A DNA stretch of 64,000 bases from an uncultured Bacteroidales bacterium (GCA_946409645.1 CAMJXE010000005.1:6631-70630); one strand, 5' to 3'. Positions 53,821-61,767 are shown, counted from the stretch's first letter. Notes: generated by a model from the letters alone, not told the origin. Translations and numbers: made by a program.

Positions 53821-53877
53821 TGGCAAACGCGCCGCGCCGCGAAGACGAATCCGGCGGAGGCGTTGAAGAAAGAGTAG
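53821..53877 (+). pseudogene. Second orphan 3' end of a MacB-like permease gene (18 codons plus stop)
   Basis: tgg caa acg cgc cgc gcc gcg aag acg aat ccg gcg gag gcg ttg aag aaa gag tag = WQTRRAAKTNPAEALKKE-stop. Confidence 0.7.
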
Positions 53878-53945
53878 GAACGTGGTGCCCCGGTTTGTGT
53901 TTCCAAGTAATTTGAAACAACACGCATTGGTGTCATAATATTTTG

Positions 53946-53953
53946 TACTTTTG
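53946..53953 (+). promoter_or_regulatory. -7 box TACTTTTG with no nearby start codon (265 nt upstream of ATG 54218)
   Basis: tgTACTTTTGct. The transcript would begin about 70 nt before the 11-bp repeat array. Confidence 0.4.
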
Positions 53954-54026
53954 CTGAAGTGAATTGAATGTCATTGAAAGCTCGTAGCATCGTCATAGTA
54001 AGCTTGTTGCGTCGATGATGAGAGCA

Positions 54027-54131
54027 AGGATACTCGATTGATATTCGAATGATACACAATTCATATTCGATTGTTTTTCGAAAAAAATCGAATATCAATC
54101 GAAAAAGAATCGAATATCAATCGAATATCAG
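54027..54131. repeat. Divergent array of nine 11-bp units (consensus TCGAATATCAA) around an A-tract centre
   Basis: Plus strand, 54088-54131: tcgaatatcaa tcgaaaaagaa tcgaatatcaa tcgaatatcag. Minus strand, 54081 down to 54027: tcgaaaaacaa tcgaatatgaa ttgtgtatcat tcgaatatcaa tcgagtatcct. Confidence 0.85.
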
Positions 54132-54217
54132 AGGACGCATCTACGAGCCTGCATAGGCGCAAGGAGGTAGGAACAGCGAAAGAACAATATTATATCATCA
54201 ATAAAACCGAACATGTT

Positions 54218-54949
54218 ATGGAAAAAAAAGGAATCACTTTCACTGGGAGTCTCCGCTCGGACGGAATCACCATCTATCAGAAACAGGGCAAGACCATTAT
54301 ACGCTCGTCGAGCAGGAGCACATCGAAAGGCTTTACGATAAAGCAGTTCATACAGCGGCAGCGGATGCGCCATGCCATCGCTTTGTGGCGGGAGCTGGAG
54401 CATTGCTATCCGATGTTCACCGGAGCCAAATCAGCCTACAACGGCTTCGTGTCACTGGCCAACCGTCTGCCCGCCGTCTTCGTCACCAAGGACGAGGCCA
54501 TGCGTCATCCGTCGTTCCTTATGCCCGGCATCCCCGTAAGCGACGGCACCCTTTCGGAATTGAAGCTGCGACTGGGCGAGGTGGACGGCACGGCAGCCTT
54601 GATAACCAACATCGAAAGGTATGAGACACCTTTTACGGAAACGCTAAAACTTTACATTGCCGAACAGACCAACGAATATAATTTCCCAAGAGTGAAATTC
54701 CGTATGCGAAACGTCTTGAAGGAGGAGCTGGTTGAAACGGGAAACGGTCTGGCCTTGGTGGGGGATGAGTTTGCCGACGACAACAAGGGCTGGGCGTTGG
54801 TGCTGGTGATGGGCGACCGTTGCTCTCCGCAGAGCATCGTCACGCGCTGCACACTCTACCGGCAGTTCACCACCGAAGAGGTGATGAACGAAGCCGCCAA
54901 GACCTACGGCCCCATCAAGGAAAGTCCTTTCCCGTCGCCGAGGAGATAG
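54218..54949 (+). CDS. Hypothetical 243-aa protein, no recognised domain
   Basis: Intact ORF from ATG 54218 (MEKKGITFTGSLRSDG..). The N-terminal part of the ORF-track version (from 54071) is the 11-bp array read as protein. Confidence 0.5.
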   Translation: MEKKGITFTGSLRSDGITIYQKQGKTIIRSSSRSTSKGFTIKQFIQRQRMRHAIALWRELEHCYPMFTGAKSAYNGFVSLANRLPAVFVTKDEAMRHPSFLMPGIPVSDGTLSELKLRLGEVDGTAALITNIERYETPFTETLKLYIAEQTNEYNFPRVKFRMRNVLKEELVETGNGLALVGDEFADDNKGWALVLVMGDRCSPQSIVTRCTLYRQFTTEEVMNEAAKTYGPIKESPFPSPRR

Positions 54950-54969
54950 ATGGCGTGTAAAGAATCCTT

Positions 54970-55293
54970 TTGGAAATCAACCCGGAGGCAAACTTGGACG
55001 AGCTTTTTCGCCCGCTTGAAAATAGCCGTGCTACTGAAATGAAATTAGGAAGGGAAAAGGCTCGATTAAAAGACCGCCCAAACCATGCCAGTTGGTTGCG
55101 CATTTATGCCATAAAACTAAACCCGGGCATATATGTTGTTACTGGTGGTGCAATAAAATTGACTCGTACGATGCAGGAACGGGAGCATACGCTCAAAGAA
55201 CTGGTAAAGATGGAGAAGGTGCGCCAATACCTTGTCGCGAACAATGTGATAGATGACGACAGTTTTACAGATTTCATCAAAGAAAAAGGATAA
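54970..55293 (+). CDS. Putative type II toxin (HigB / Gp49-like); start uncertain
   Basis: ..ASWLRIYAIKLNPGIYVVTGGAIKLT.. core, 4 nt upstream of an XRE-HTH gene. It opens with TTG. An ATG at 54950 (abutting the upstream stop, TAGATG) would be in frame only with one extra T in the T4 run at 54968-54971. Confidence 0.45.
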   Translation: MEINPEANLDELFRPLENSRATEMKLGREKARLKDRPNHASWLRIYAIKLNPGIYVVTGGAIKLTRTMQEREHTLKELVKMEKVRQYLVANNVIDDDSFTDFIKEKG

Positions 55294-55297
55294 GAAA

Positions 55298-55609
55298 ATG
55301 AAAACCGCAGCAGAACAAATAGCGTTTTTGGAGGAACATTCTTCGTCTGAACCTTCGAAGTGGCGCGAGAAGGCGGAATGGCGGAGAGCGAACCACGACT
55401 GGCTCCGCTATTCGCGGAAAATCGCCATCGTCGTGGCCTTGTCTTTGGAAGAACTGAACATGTCCCAAAAGCAGTTGGCGGAACTTGTCGGCTGCTCCCC
55501 GCAATATATTTCCCGGCAGCTGAAGGGCGAGGAAAACCTCACTTTGGAGACGTTATGCAAGTTGGAGCGGGCACGGAACCGTCCCATCATGCAGCAGGTT
55601 TTTGCATAA
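55298..55609 (+). CDS. XRE-family helix-turn-helix protein (HigA-like antitoxin / regulator)
   Basis: HTH segment NMSQKQLAELVGCSPQYISRQLKGEENLTLETLCKLE; 103 aa. Confidence 0.7.
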   Translation: MKTAAEQIAFLEEHSSSEPSKWREKAEWRRANHDWLRYSRKIAIVVALSLEELNMSQKQLAELVGCSPQYISRQLKGEENLTLETLCKLERARNRPIMQQVFA

Positions 55610-55626
55610 GAATGCCACAACAACTC

Positions 55627-55815
55627 CTAACTTCTAACTATTTTTCTCACCACGCCCCCCCCTCGAAGTTGATCTTCACGAGGTAAGTGTCGGAGAGATA
55701 GGGCGAGAGGTCGATTTCGCGGTGGTCACCTTGCGCAGTTTGAGAGCCGCCACGGTAAACCCGGTGAAGTCATTGAGGAACGAATAACCCTTACCCCCTT
55801 GGAAATTGTAGCGTT
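55627..55815 (-). pseudogene. Remnant of the C-terminus of a T9SS-sorted protein (frame-shifted)
   Basis: The minus strand reads ..YNFQGGKGYSFLNDFTGFTVAALKLRK / GDHREIDLSPYLSDTYLVKINFEGG.., broken by one frameshift. A C8 tract (55655-55662) would restore ..GGGVVRKIVRS-stop with one more C. Confidence 0.3.
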
Positions 55816-55959
55816 GCGAAGATTGGTTATGCTATAGTATTGAAATACAATCAATTTCGCAATAATAGAGATGAATTATTCATTCAGAAAAATGGGCTTA
55901 AAGCCAAATATTCGTTCAGAAAAACGGTTTAGATGGTTGTTTTTTCGTTGGAAAAAGTG

Positions 55960-55967
55960 TATTTTTG
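55960..55967 (+). promoter_or_regulatory. -7 box TATTTTTG for cassette D
   Basis: Within ggaaaaagtgTATTTTTGcgg, the same word as in the cassette A leader; 22 nt upstream of ATG 55989. Confidence 0.55.
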
Positions 55968-55988
55968 CGGCGTTAATTCGTTTGAAAA

Positions 55989-57422
55989 ATGCTGAGAAGA
56001 AAAATTGAAAATACCCTTCGGGAATGGAAAGACACACCGAATCATTTGCCGCTTGTCATTATGGGAATTCGCCAATGCGGAAAGACCTTTATCGTCAGAA
56101 AATTTGCAGAGGAAAATTACAAGTATGTCTATTACATGAACTTTATTAAGCAACCCAAACGCATTGGTGCATTTTTGGGATCCAAAGAAGTTGATGCGAT
56201 TCTTCTGGAGCTTTCCACCCAAATAAAAGGAGCTAATTTCGTTCCCGGACAAACCTGTTTCATCTTTGATGAAATTCAAGACTGTCCAGATGCCCGTACT
56301 TCTTTGAAGTTTTTCAAAGAGGATGGACGTTTCGATGTTATTGCAACAGGCTCCCTTTTGGGCGTTTTAGGTTATGGCGAGAAGAAAAAGAAGTTGAAAA
56401 GAAAACATAAGGATGATATGCAGTTGGGGAAAAATTCTGTTCCTGTTGGTTTTGAAGACATCGTGCAGATGTATCCGCTTGATTTCGAAGAGTTCCTTTG
56501 GGCAAATGGAATCTCAGAAGATGTGATTGTGTTTCTTAAAGACTGTTTGTCAGACGAAAAACCAGTGCCTGTTGGAATACATCTCACTATGAATAATCTT
56601 CTGAATCGTTATGTCGCTGTTGGCGGTTTGCCCGCAGCTGTAAACAAGTTGCTGGATACCAGTAATATGAGCAAGGTTGATGCCGTCCTCCGTAGGATTT
56701 TGAAAGAATACAAAGATGACATGGTGAAATATGCTAACGATGACGACAAACCCTACATACGAGGGTGCTTTGATTCCATTACCAAACAGCTTGCCAAAGA
56801 CTATAAAAAGTTTCAATACAATCTCATCAAAAAAGATGGTCGTGCGGAAGATTATGCCGGATCACTTCAATGGTTGGAAGATGCTGGAATGATCCGTCGC
56901 TGCTATAATACTGAAGCGACGGGTTTGCCAATGGAAGGAAATGCTATCGAATCAACCTTTAAAGTGTATGTCACTGACATCGGTTTACTTACGACTATGC
57001 TTGGCGGTTCCACACGAAATGACATCATACAAGGAAACTTGGGCGGTTTCAAGGGTGCTATTTACGAGAATTTGATGGCAGATACGCTTCACAAGAAAGA
57101 ACAGGCCTTGTACTATTATCGCAAGGAATCCGGTATGGAACTGGACTTTTTGATTAGCTACAAGGGCGAATGTGTTCCTGTTGAAGTCAAGGCCAAGACC
57201 TCCAAAGCCAAGAGCCTTTCAACTGCACTGAAGCATCCAGATAAGTATCATATATATCACGCCATAAAGTTTGGTGATTTCAACATCGGCCGCGAAGGTC
57301 CTTTGTTGACACTTCCGAACTATATGCAGTTCCTTTTGGAGTTGGAACCCGAAGAAATCATTTTGGAGCATATTGATGCAGAAGAACTTAACCGCATGAC
57401 AAAAGAGCTGTTGGAGAAATAG
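55989..57422 (+). CDS. AAA+ ATPase (AAA_14-type) with DUF4143 / PD-(D/E)xK nuclease-like C-terminus: cassette D
   Basis: Walker A GIRQCGKT, Walker B CFIFDEIQ, and C-terminal MELDFLI..VPVEVKAKTS. Confidence 0.85.
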   Translation: MLRRKIENTLREWKDTPNHLPLVIMGIRQCGKTFIVRKFAEENYKYVYYMNFIKQPKRIGAFLGSKEVDAILLELSTQIKGANFVPGQTCFIFDEIQDCPDARTSLKFFKEDGRFDVIATGSLLGVLGYGEKKKKLKRKHKDDMQLGKNSVPVGFEDIVQMYPLDFEEFLWANGISEDVIVFLKDCLSDEKPVPVGIHLTMNNLLNRYVAVGGLPAAVNKLLDTSNMSKVDAVLRRILKEYKDDMVKYANDDDKPYIRGCFDSITKQLAKDYKKFQYNLIKKDGRAEDYAGSLQWLEDAGMIRRCYNTEATGLPMEGNAIESTFKVYVTDIGLLTTMLGGSTRNDIIQGNLGGFKGAIYENLMADTLHKKEQALYYYRKESGMELDFLISYKGECVPVEVKAKTSKAKSLSTALKHPDKYHIYHAIKFGDFNIGREGPLLTLPNYMQFLLELEPEEIILEHIDAEELNRMTKELLEK

Positions 57423-57443
57423 TTTGTTTAAAGAATAAAGATT

Positions 57444-58787
57444 ATGCCCAAACTCAAATCGAAAATATTGGTCGTGGATGACAATGCGGGGGTGCGCGCC
57501 ACGCTGAACATCCTGCTGCCGCCTCGCTTCGAGGCGGTGGAGACCGTCGGCACGCCCAAAGTGCTGATTTCCACCGTGCGCAGCTTCCGCCCAGACGTGG
57601 TGCTGCTCGACATGAACTTCGAAACCGACATCAACACCGGCAACGAAGGCCTCTACTGGCTCTCCGAACTGCGACGGCAATTCCCCGACATCCAAGTGGT
57701 GCTGATGACGGCCTACGCGGACGTGCCGCTCGCTGTGGAAGGCATGAAACGCGGCGCCTTCGACTTCATCGTGAAACCGTGGGAGAACGAGCATCTCATG
57801 GCCGTGTTGGAGGCCGCCTGCAAACAAGGGAAAGCCGACAGTCAGCCTGTTGCAAAGCACCATCAACCGGCGATGCTTTGGGGCGCGAGTCCCGCCATGA
57901 CCGCCATCCGCTATACGGTGGAGAAGGTGGCCCCGACGGATGCCACGGTGCTGATTATCGGCGAGAACGGAACCGGCAAAGACGTGCTGGCCAACGAGAT
58001 ACACCAGCTGTCGTCGCGAGCAGCCAAACCGATGGTGAGCGTGGATATCGGGGCGCTGTCGGAGAGTCTGTTCGAGAGCGAGCTCTTTGGACACGTGAAA
58101 GGCGCGTTCACCGACGCGCGCACCGACCATACGGGCAAGTTCGAGCAGGCCAATGGCACCACGCTCTTCCTCGACGAAATCGGGAATATCCCGCTGCATC
58201 TGCAGTCCAAGCTCTTGCGGGTGCTGCAAAACCGCTGCGTCACCAAGGTCGGCGACACCAAGTCCGTGCCGATCGACATCCGGCTGATATGCGCCACCAA
58301 CAAGGACCTCCCCGCGATGGTGCGCGACGGCCAATTCCGCGAGGATCTCTACTACCGTATCAACACGGTAATGTTGCAGCTGCCGCCCCTGCGTGAGCGT
58401 ACAGACGAGATTGAACCGTTAGCATCCTTGTTCATAGAATATTACGCCAAGAAGTACCGTCGCAATGTGACGGGAATTTCGGAGGATGCCGTGGATCTGC
58501 TGCGCCGATGCAGCTGGTCTGGGAATGTGCGCGAACTACAGAACCGGATTGAGCAGGCGGTCATCTTGGCCGAGAACGAAGTGTTGCAATCAGACGACTT
58601 CCAAATCAATGATTCTGAGCTGAATACGATGGCCTTTCCCATCCAGGCAGAGTCCTTGGAAGATGCCGAGGAGCAGGTCATCCGCAACGCCGTCAAGAAG
58701 TACAACGGCAACCTGACCTTAGTGGCCAAAGCGTTGAATATCAGTCGCCCGACATTATACAACCGCTTGAAAAAGTACGGAATATGA
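57444..58787 (+). CDS. Sigma-54-dependent response regulator (NtrC family: REC-AAA+-Fis HTH)
   Basis: Receiver domain (ILVVDDN..LLDMNF), Walker A GENGTGKD, sigma-54 contact loop GAFTDA, Walker B TLFLDEIG, and a C-terminal HTH. Confidence 0.9.
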   Translation: MPKLKSKILVVDDNAGVRATLNILLPPRFEAVETVGTPKVLISTVRSFRPDVVLLDMNFETDINTGNEGLYWLSELRRQFPDIQVVLMTAYADVPLAVEGMKRGAFDFIVKPWENEHLMAVLEAACKQGKADSQPVAKHHQPAMLWGASPAMTAIRYTVEKVAPTDATVLIIGENGTGKDVLANEIHQLSSRAAKPMVSVDIGALSESLFESELFGHVKGAFTDARTDHTGKFEQANGTTLFLDEIGNIPLHLQSKLLRVLQNRCVTKVGDTKSVPIDIRLICATNKDLPAMVRDGQFREDLYYRINTVMLQLPPLRERTDEIEPLASLFIEYYAKKYRRNVTGISEDAVDLLRRCSWSGNVRELQNRIEQAVILAENEVLQSDDFQINDSELNTMAFPIQAESLEDAEEQVIRNAVKKYNGNLTLVAKALNISRPTLYNRLKKYGI

Positions 58788-59641
58788 GCACGTGGACATG
58801 GATAGGGATTCTGGCGGGCAGTTGCTTCATCGTGGCTTTGTTGACGACCTTGTGGGTTTCCAAGCGGAATCGCGACAAGGTGGCCTATATGATGGATGCT
58901 TTGGAGGACGGAGAGACCAATTTCCGTTTCCGTGACAACACCGCCATGAACCGCGAACTCAACCGCATCCGAACCATCATGGACCGGCAAAGTGCTCAGA
59001 ATGAGGATGTCTCGTGGAGTAAGCTCTTTCGGGTCATTACGCATGAGATGATGAACACGGTAACTCCGATTGCGGCCTTGAGCGACGCGCTTGTCAAGGA
59101 CGACACGTTGGATGTGAAGGCTGGTTTGGAGACCATTTCGACCTCTTCCCGCGAACTGATTCGTTTTGTGGAATCCTACCGCTCGTTCACCAAGGCCGCG
59201 CCTCCCGTGTGCAAAACCTTGTTGGTCAGTGAATTGTTGGATAGGGTAGTGCGCTTGAACGAAGTGAAGGCGGCGGCGAACAATGCCACGGTAACCTACA
59301 CGGTCAATCCCCCTGATTTGCTGCTCTACGCTGATGAGTCGCAGCTGATGCAGGTTTTCAACAATTTGATTAAAAACGCTTTGGAGGCCAATGCCACGGA
59401 AATCAGCATCGAAGCTGGATTGGGTAGCGAAGACCGCACGGTGATTCAGGTGCGCAACAACGGTCAGCCAGTACCGCTTCGTCAGCACGAGGAGATTTTC
59501 GTGCCCTTCTATTCCACCAAAACAAGTGGCAGCGGCATCGGGTTGAGCCTCTCGCGCCGCATCATGCAGCGTCACAACGGGTCGTTGGTGCTGCGCCAGA
59601 GCGACCGTCATCAGACGGTTTTCGCGCTGATTTTCCCGTGA
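58784..59641 (+). CDS. Sensor histidine kinase (single TM, HisKA plus HATPase_c)
   Basis: H-box ITHEMMNTVTPI, N-box NLIKNALEA, and G-boxes. The start overlaps the regulator stop (ATGA). Confidence 0.85.
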   Translation: MSTWTWIGILAGSCFIVALLTTLWVSKRNRDKVAYMMDALEDGETNFRFRDNTAMNRELNRIRTIMDRQSAQNEDVSWSKLFRVITHEMMNTVTPIAALSDALVKDDTLDVKAGLETISTSSRELIRFVESYRSFTKAAPPVCKTLLVSELLDRVVRLNEVKAAANNATVTYTVNPPDLLLYADESQLMQVFNNLIKNALEANATEISIEAGLGSEDRTVIQVRNNGQPVPLRQHEEIFVPFYSTKTSGSGIGLSLSRRIMQRHNGSLVLRQSDRHQTVFALIFP

Positions 59642-59656
59642 GAACAGGCAATTAAT

Positions 59657-60499
59657 TTACTTCACCATCCCTTGCAACAATCGGATTTCCCCCGCCCACA
59701 ACGTTTCGACCGGGGTTTCGAGAATGAGCGGCATGTCGTCAAAGCGCGGGTCGTTCATGAAACGCTCGAAAAATTCTATGCCGAGGAGGCCTTTTCCGAT
59801 GCTGTCGTGGCGATCGACGCGGCTGGCGAACTCTTTTTTGGTGTCGTTGAGGTGCACTGCCCGCAGGTAGTGCGCGCCCACGGTGTCGTCGAATTCCTGC
59901 CAGGTTTTGCTGTATCCGTTTTCGGTCTTCAGATCGTAACCCGCGGAATAGGTGTGGCACGTGTCAATGCAGATGCCCACGCGGCTTTTGTCTTCCACTT
60001 TGTCAATGATATACGCCAAATGTTGGAAGCTGAATCCCACGTTGGAGCCTTGTCCGGCGGTGTTTTCGATTACAGCCGTCACGCCCTGTGTTTTGTCCAA
60101 AGCGAAGTTGATGCTTTCGGCCACGCGAGTGAGACATTCCTCCAAGGTTATCTGTTTCAGATGGCTGCCTGGGTGGAAATTAAGCATTTTTAACCCTAAT
60201 TGTTCACAGCGTTGCATCTCTTCGAGGAAGGAGTTGCGTGACTTTTCCAATCCTTCCGGATCTGGACTACCGAGGTTGATGAGGTAGCTGTCGTGGGGGA
60301 GTACATAATCGGCGGAAACACCTGATTTGGCAAGGTTTTCCTTGAAGGCGACGATGGATTTCTCGCTCAAGGGTGCCGAAAACCACTGCCGCTGGTTTTT
60401 GGTGAATAGGGCGAATGCGGTCGCACCCACCTGCATCGCATTCAACGGGGCGTTCTCCACCCCGCCGCTGGCGCTGACATGTGGTCCGATGTATTTCAT
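59657..60499 (-). CDS. nfo: Endonuclease IV (deoxyribonuclease IV)
   Basis: [13 protein letters not shown]..; 280 aa TIM-barrel AP endonuclease with conserved His/Asp/Glu metal ligands ([26 protein letters not shown]). Confidence 0.9.
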   Translation of the reverse strand: MKYIGPHVSASGGVENAPLNAMQVGATAFALFTKNQRQWFSAPLSEKSIVAFKENLAKSGVSADYVLPHDSYLINLGSPDPEGLEKSRNSFLEEMQRCEQLGLKMLNFHPGSHLKQITLEECLTRVAESINFALDKTQGVTAVIENTAGQGSNVGFSFQHLAYIIDKVEDKSRVGICIDTCHTYSAGYDLKTENGYSKTWQEFDDTVGAHYLRAVHLNDTKKEFASRVDRHDSIGKGLLGIEFFERFMNDPRFDDMPLILETPVETLWAGEIRLLQGMVK

Positions 60500-60520
60500 A
60501 ATGCTTTTTTTTCGTTTTGA

Positions 60521-60650
60521 TTCCAGGGGTTGCGCTTTGCTTATCCCTCTATTCCAGGGGTTGCGCTTCGCTTACCCCTTTATTCCAGGGGCTTCGCTTC
60601 GCTTGCCCCTGGCTACCGAGCTTTTGCCCCTACGGGGCTGCTTAAGGAAG
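60521..60650 (-). repeat. REP-B copy 7 (divergent hairpin module 3 times, plus tail)
   Basis: ttccagggg(t/c)t(g)cgctt(t/c)gctt.cccct three times, then gcttttgcccctacggggctgcttaaggaag; 22 nt from the nfo ATG at 60499. Confidence 0.75.
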
Positions 60651-60676
60651 TATTTTTATTATATTGGGGTTGTCCG

Positions 60677-60717
60677 TTGCTATTGCCTGTTGCCTGTTGC
60701 CTATTGCCTATTGCCTT
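60677..60717. repeat. Heptanucleotide array (about 6 units) overlapping the purM stop codon
   Basis: ttgcta ttgcctg ttgcctg ttgccta ttgccta ttgcctt. Confidence 0.8.
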
Positions 60718-61745
60718 AACTTAATGTCCACAACACCCTCTTTATCGGTGACGTTGCCAATGACAAACGCTTTCTCTCCCAACTCGTTGAACATCTTGAC
60801 GGTGCGGTCAGCATCTTTCGGATCGACCATCAGCACCATGCCGATGCCCATGTTGAAGACGTTGAACATTTCGCGGTGGTTGACCTTGCCGTACTTTTCG
60901 AGGAACGGGAAGATGGCGGGCATTTCCCAGTTGTGCTCATCGACAAAGATACCTTGTCCGGGACGCAACGCGCGCGGGATGTTCTCGTCGAAGCCGCCGC
61001 CGGTGATGTGACAAATGGCGTGGATGTCAACATTTTTTAACACTTCCAAAACGGGTTTCACATAGATGCGCGTCGGGGTGAGCAGCATGTTGCCCAACGT
61101 GTCAGGGAGCGTCTCGTATTGCTTGTCGAGGTCCAGTTGGTTGTCTTTGAAGACAATCTTGCGCACCAGCGAGAAACCGTTGGAGTGCACGCCGCTGGAG
61201 GCCAGACCGATGAGCACGTCACCTACATTGACTTTGGAGCCGTCGATGAGTTTGGATTTTTCGACCGCGCCCACGGTGAAGCCGGCGATGTCGTATTCAT
61301 CTTCGTCGTACATGTCGGGCATCTCCGCAGTTTCACCGCCGATGAGCGCGCAGTTGGAGAGGACGCAGCCGTCGGCCACGCCTTTCACAATCGCCTCGAT
61401 CTTGGTGGGTTCGTTCTTGCCTACGGCGATGTAATCCAAGAAGAAGAGGGGAGCTGCACCCTGCGCGAGCACGTCGTTCACGCACATGGCCACCGCGTCC
61501 TGACCGATTGTGTCGTGGCGGTCCATCATGAACGCCAGTTTCAGTTTGGTGCCCACGCCGTCGGTGCCGCTGACCAGCACAGGTTCCTTGTAGCCAAGGG
61601 AGGCGAGGTCGAACATGCCACCGAAGCTGCCGATGTTGCCCATCATGCCAGGACGGTTGGTGCGGGAAATATGTTTCTTGATGAGGCGCACCGACTCATA
61701 GCCAGCTTCCAATTGAACGCCTGCTTCTTGATATGCTTTTGACAT
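60708..61745 (-). CDS. purM: Phosphoribosylformylglycinamidine cyclo-ligase (AIR synthetase)
   Basis: SKAYQEAGV.., [11 protein letters not shown], and typical length (345 aa). Confidence 0.95.
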   Translation of the reverse strand: MSKAYQEAGVQLEAGYESVRLIKKHISRTNRPGMMGNIGSFGGMFDLASLGYKEPVLVSGTDGVGTKLKLAFMMDRHDTIGQDAVAMCVNDVLAQGAAPLFFLDYIAVGKNEPTKIEAIVKGVADGCVLSNCALIGGETAEMPDMYDEDEYDIAGFTVGAVEKSKLIDGSKVNVGDVLIGLASSGVHSNGFSLVRKIVFKDNQLDLDKQYETLPDTLGNMLLTPTRIYVKPVLEVLKNVDIHAICHITGGGFDENIPRALRPGQGIFVDEHNWEMPAIFPFLEKYGKVNHREMFNVFNMGIGMVLMVDPKDADRTVKMFNELGEKAFVIGNVTDKEGVVDIKLRQ

Positions 61746-61767
61746 AGTTTTGTCGTATTAAAAAACG

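Noticed and set aside
54071-54217. N-terminal 49 codons of the ORF-track protein starting at TTG 54071
   Set aside because: The peptide (FFEKNRISIEKESNINRIS..) is simply the 11-bp repeat array read in frame. The first ATG with a plausible N-terminus is 54218.
57219-59611. Two long antisense ORFs (371 and 389 aa) opposite the response regulator and kinase
   Set aside because: They have no recognisable motifs and are Arg/Gly/His-rich, as expected for the reverse frame of a GC-rich gene. The sense genes have complete NtrC and HisKA/HATPase motifs.
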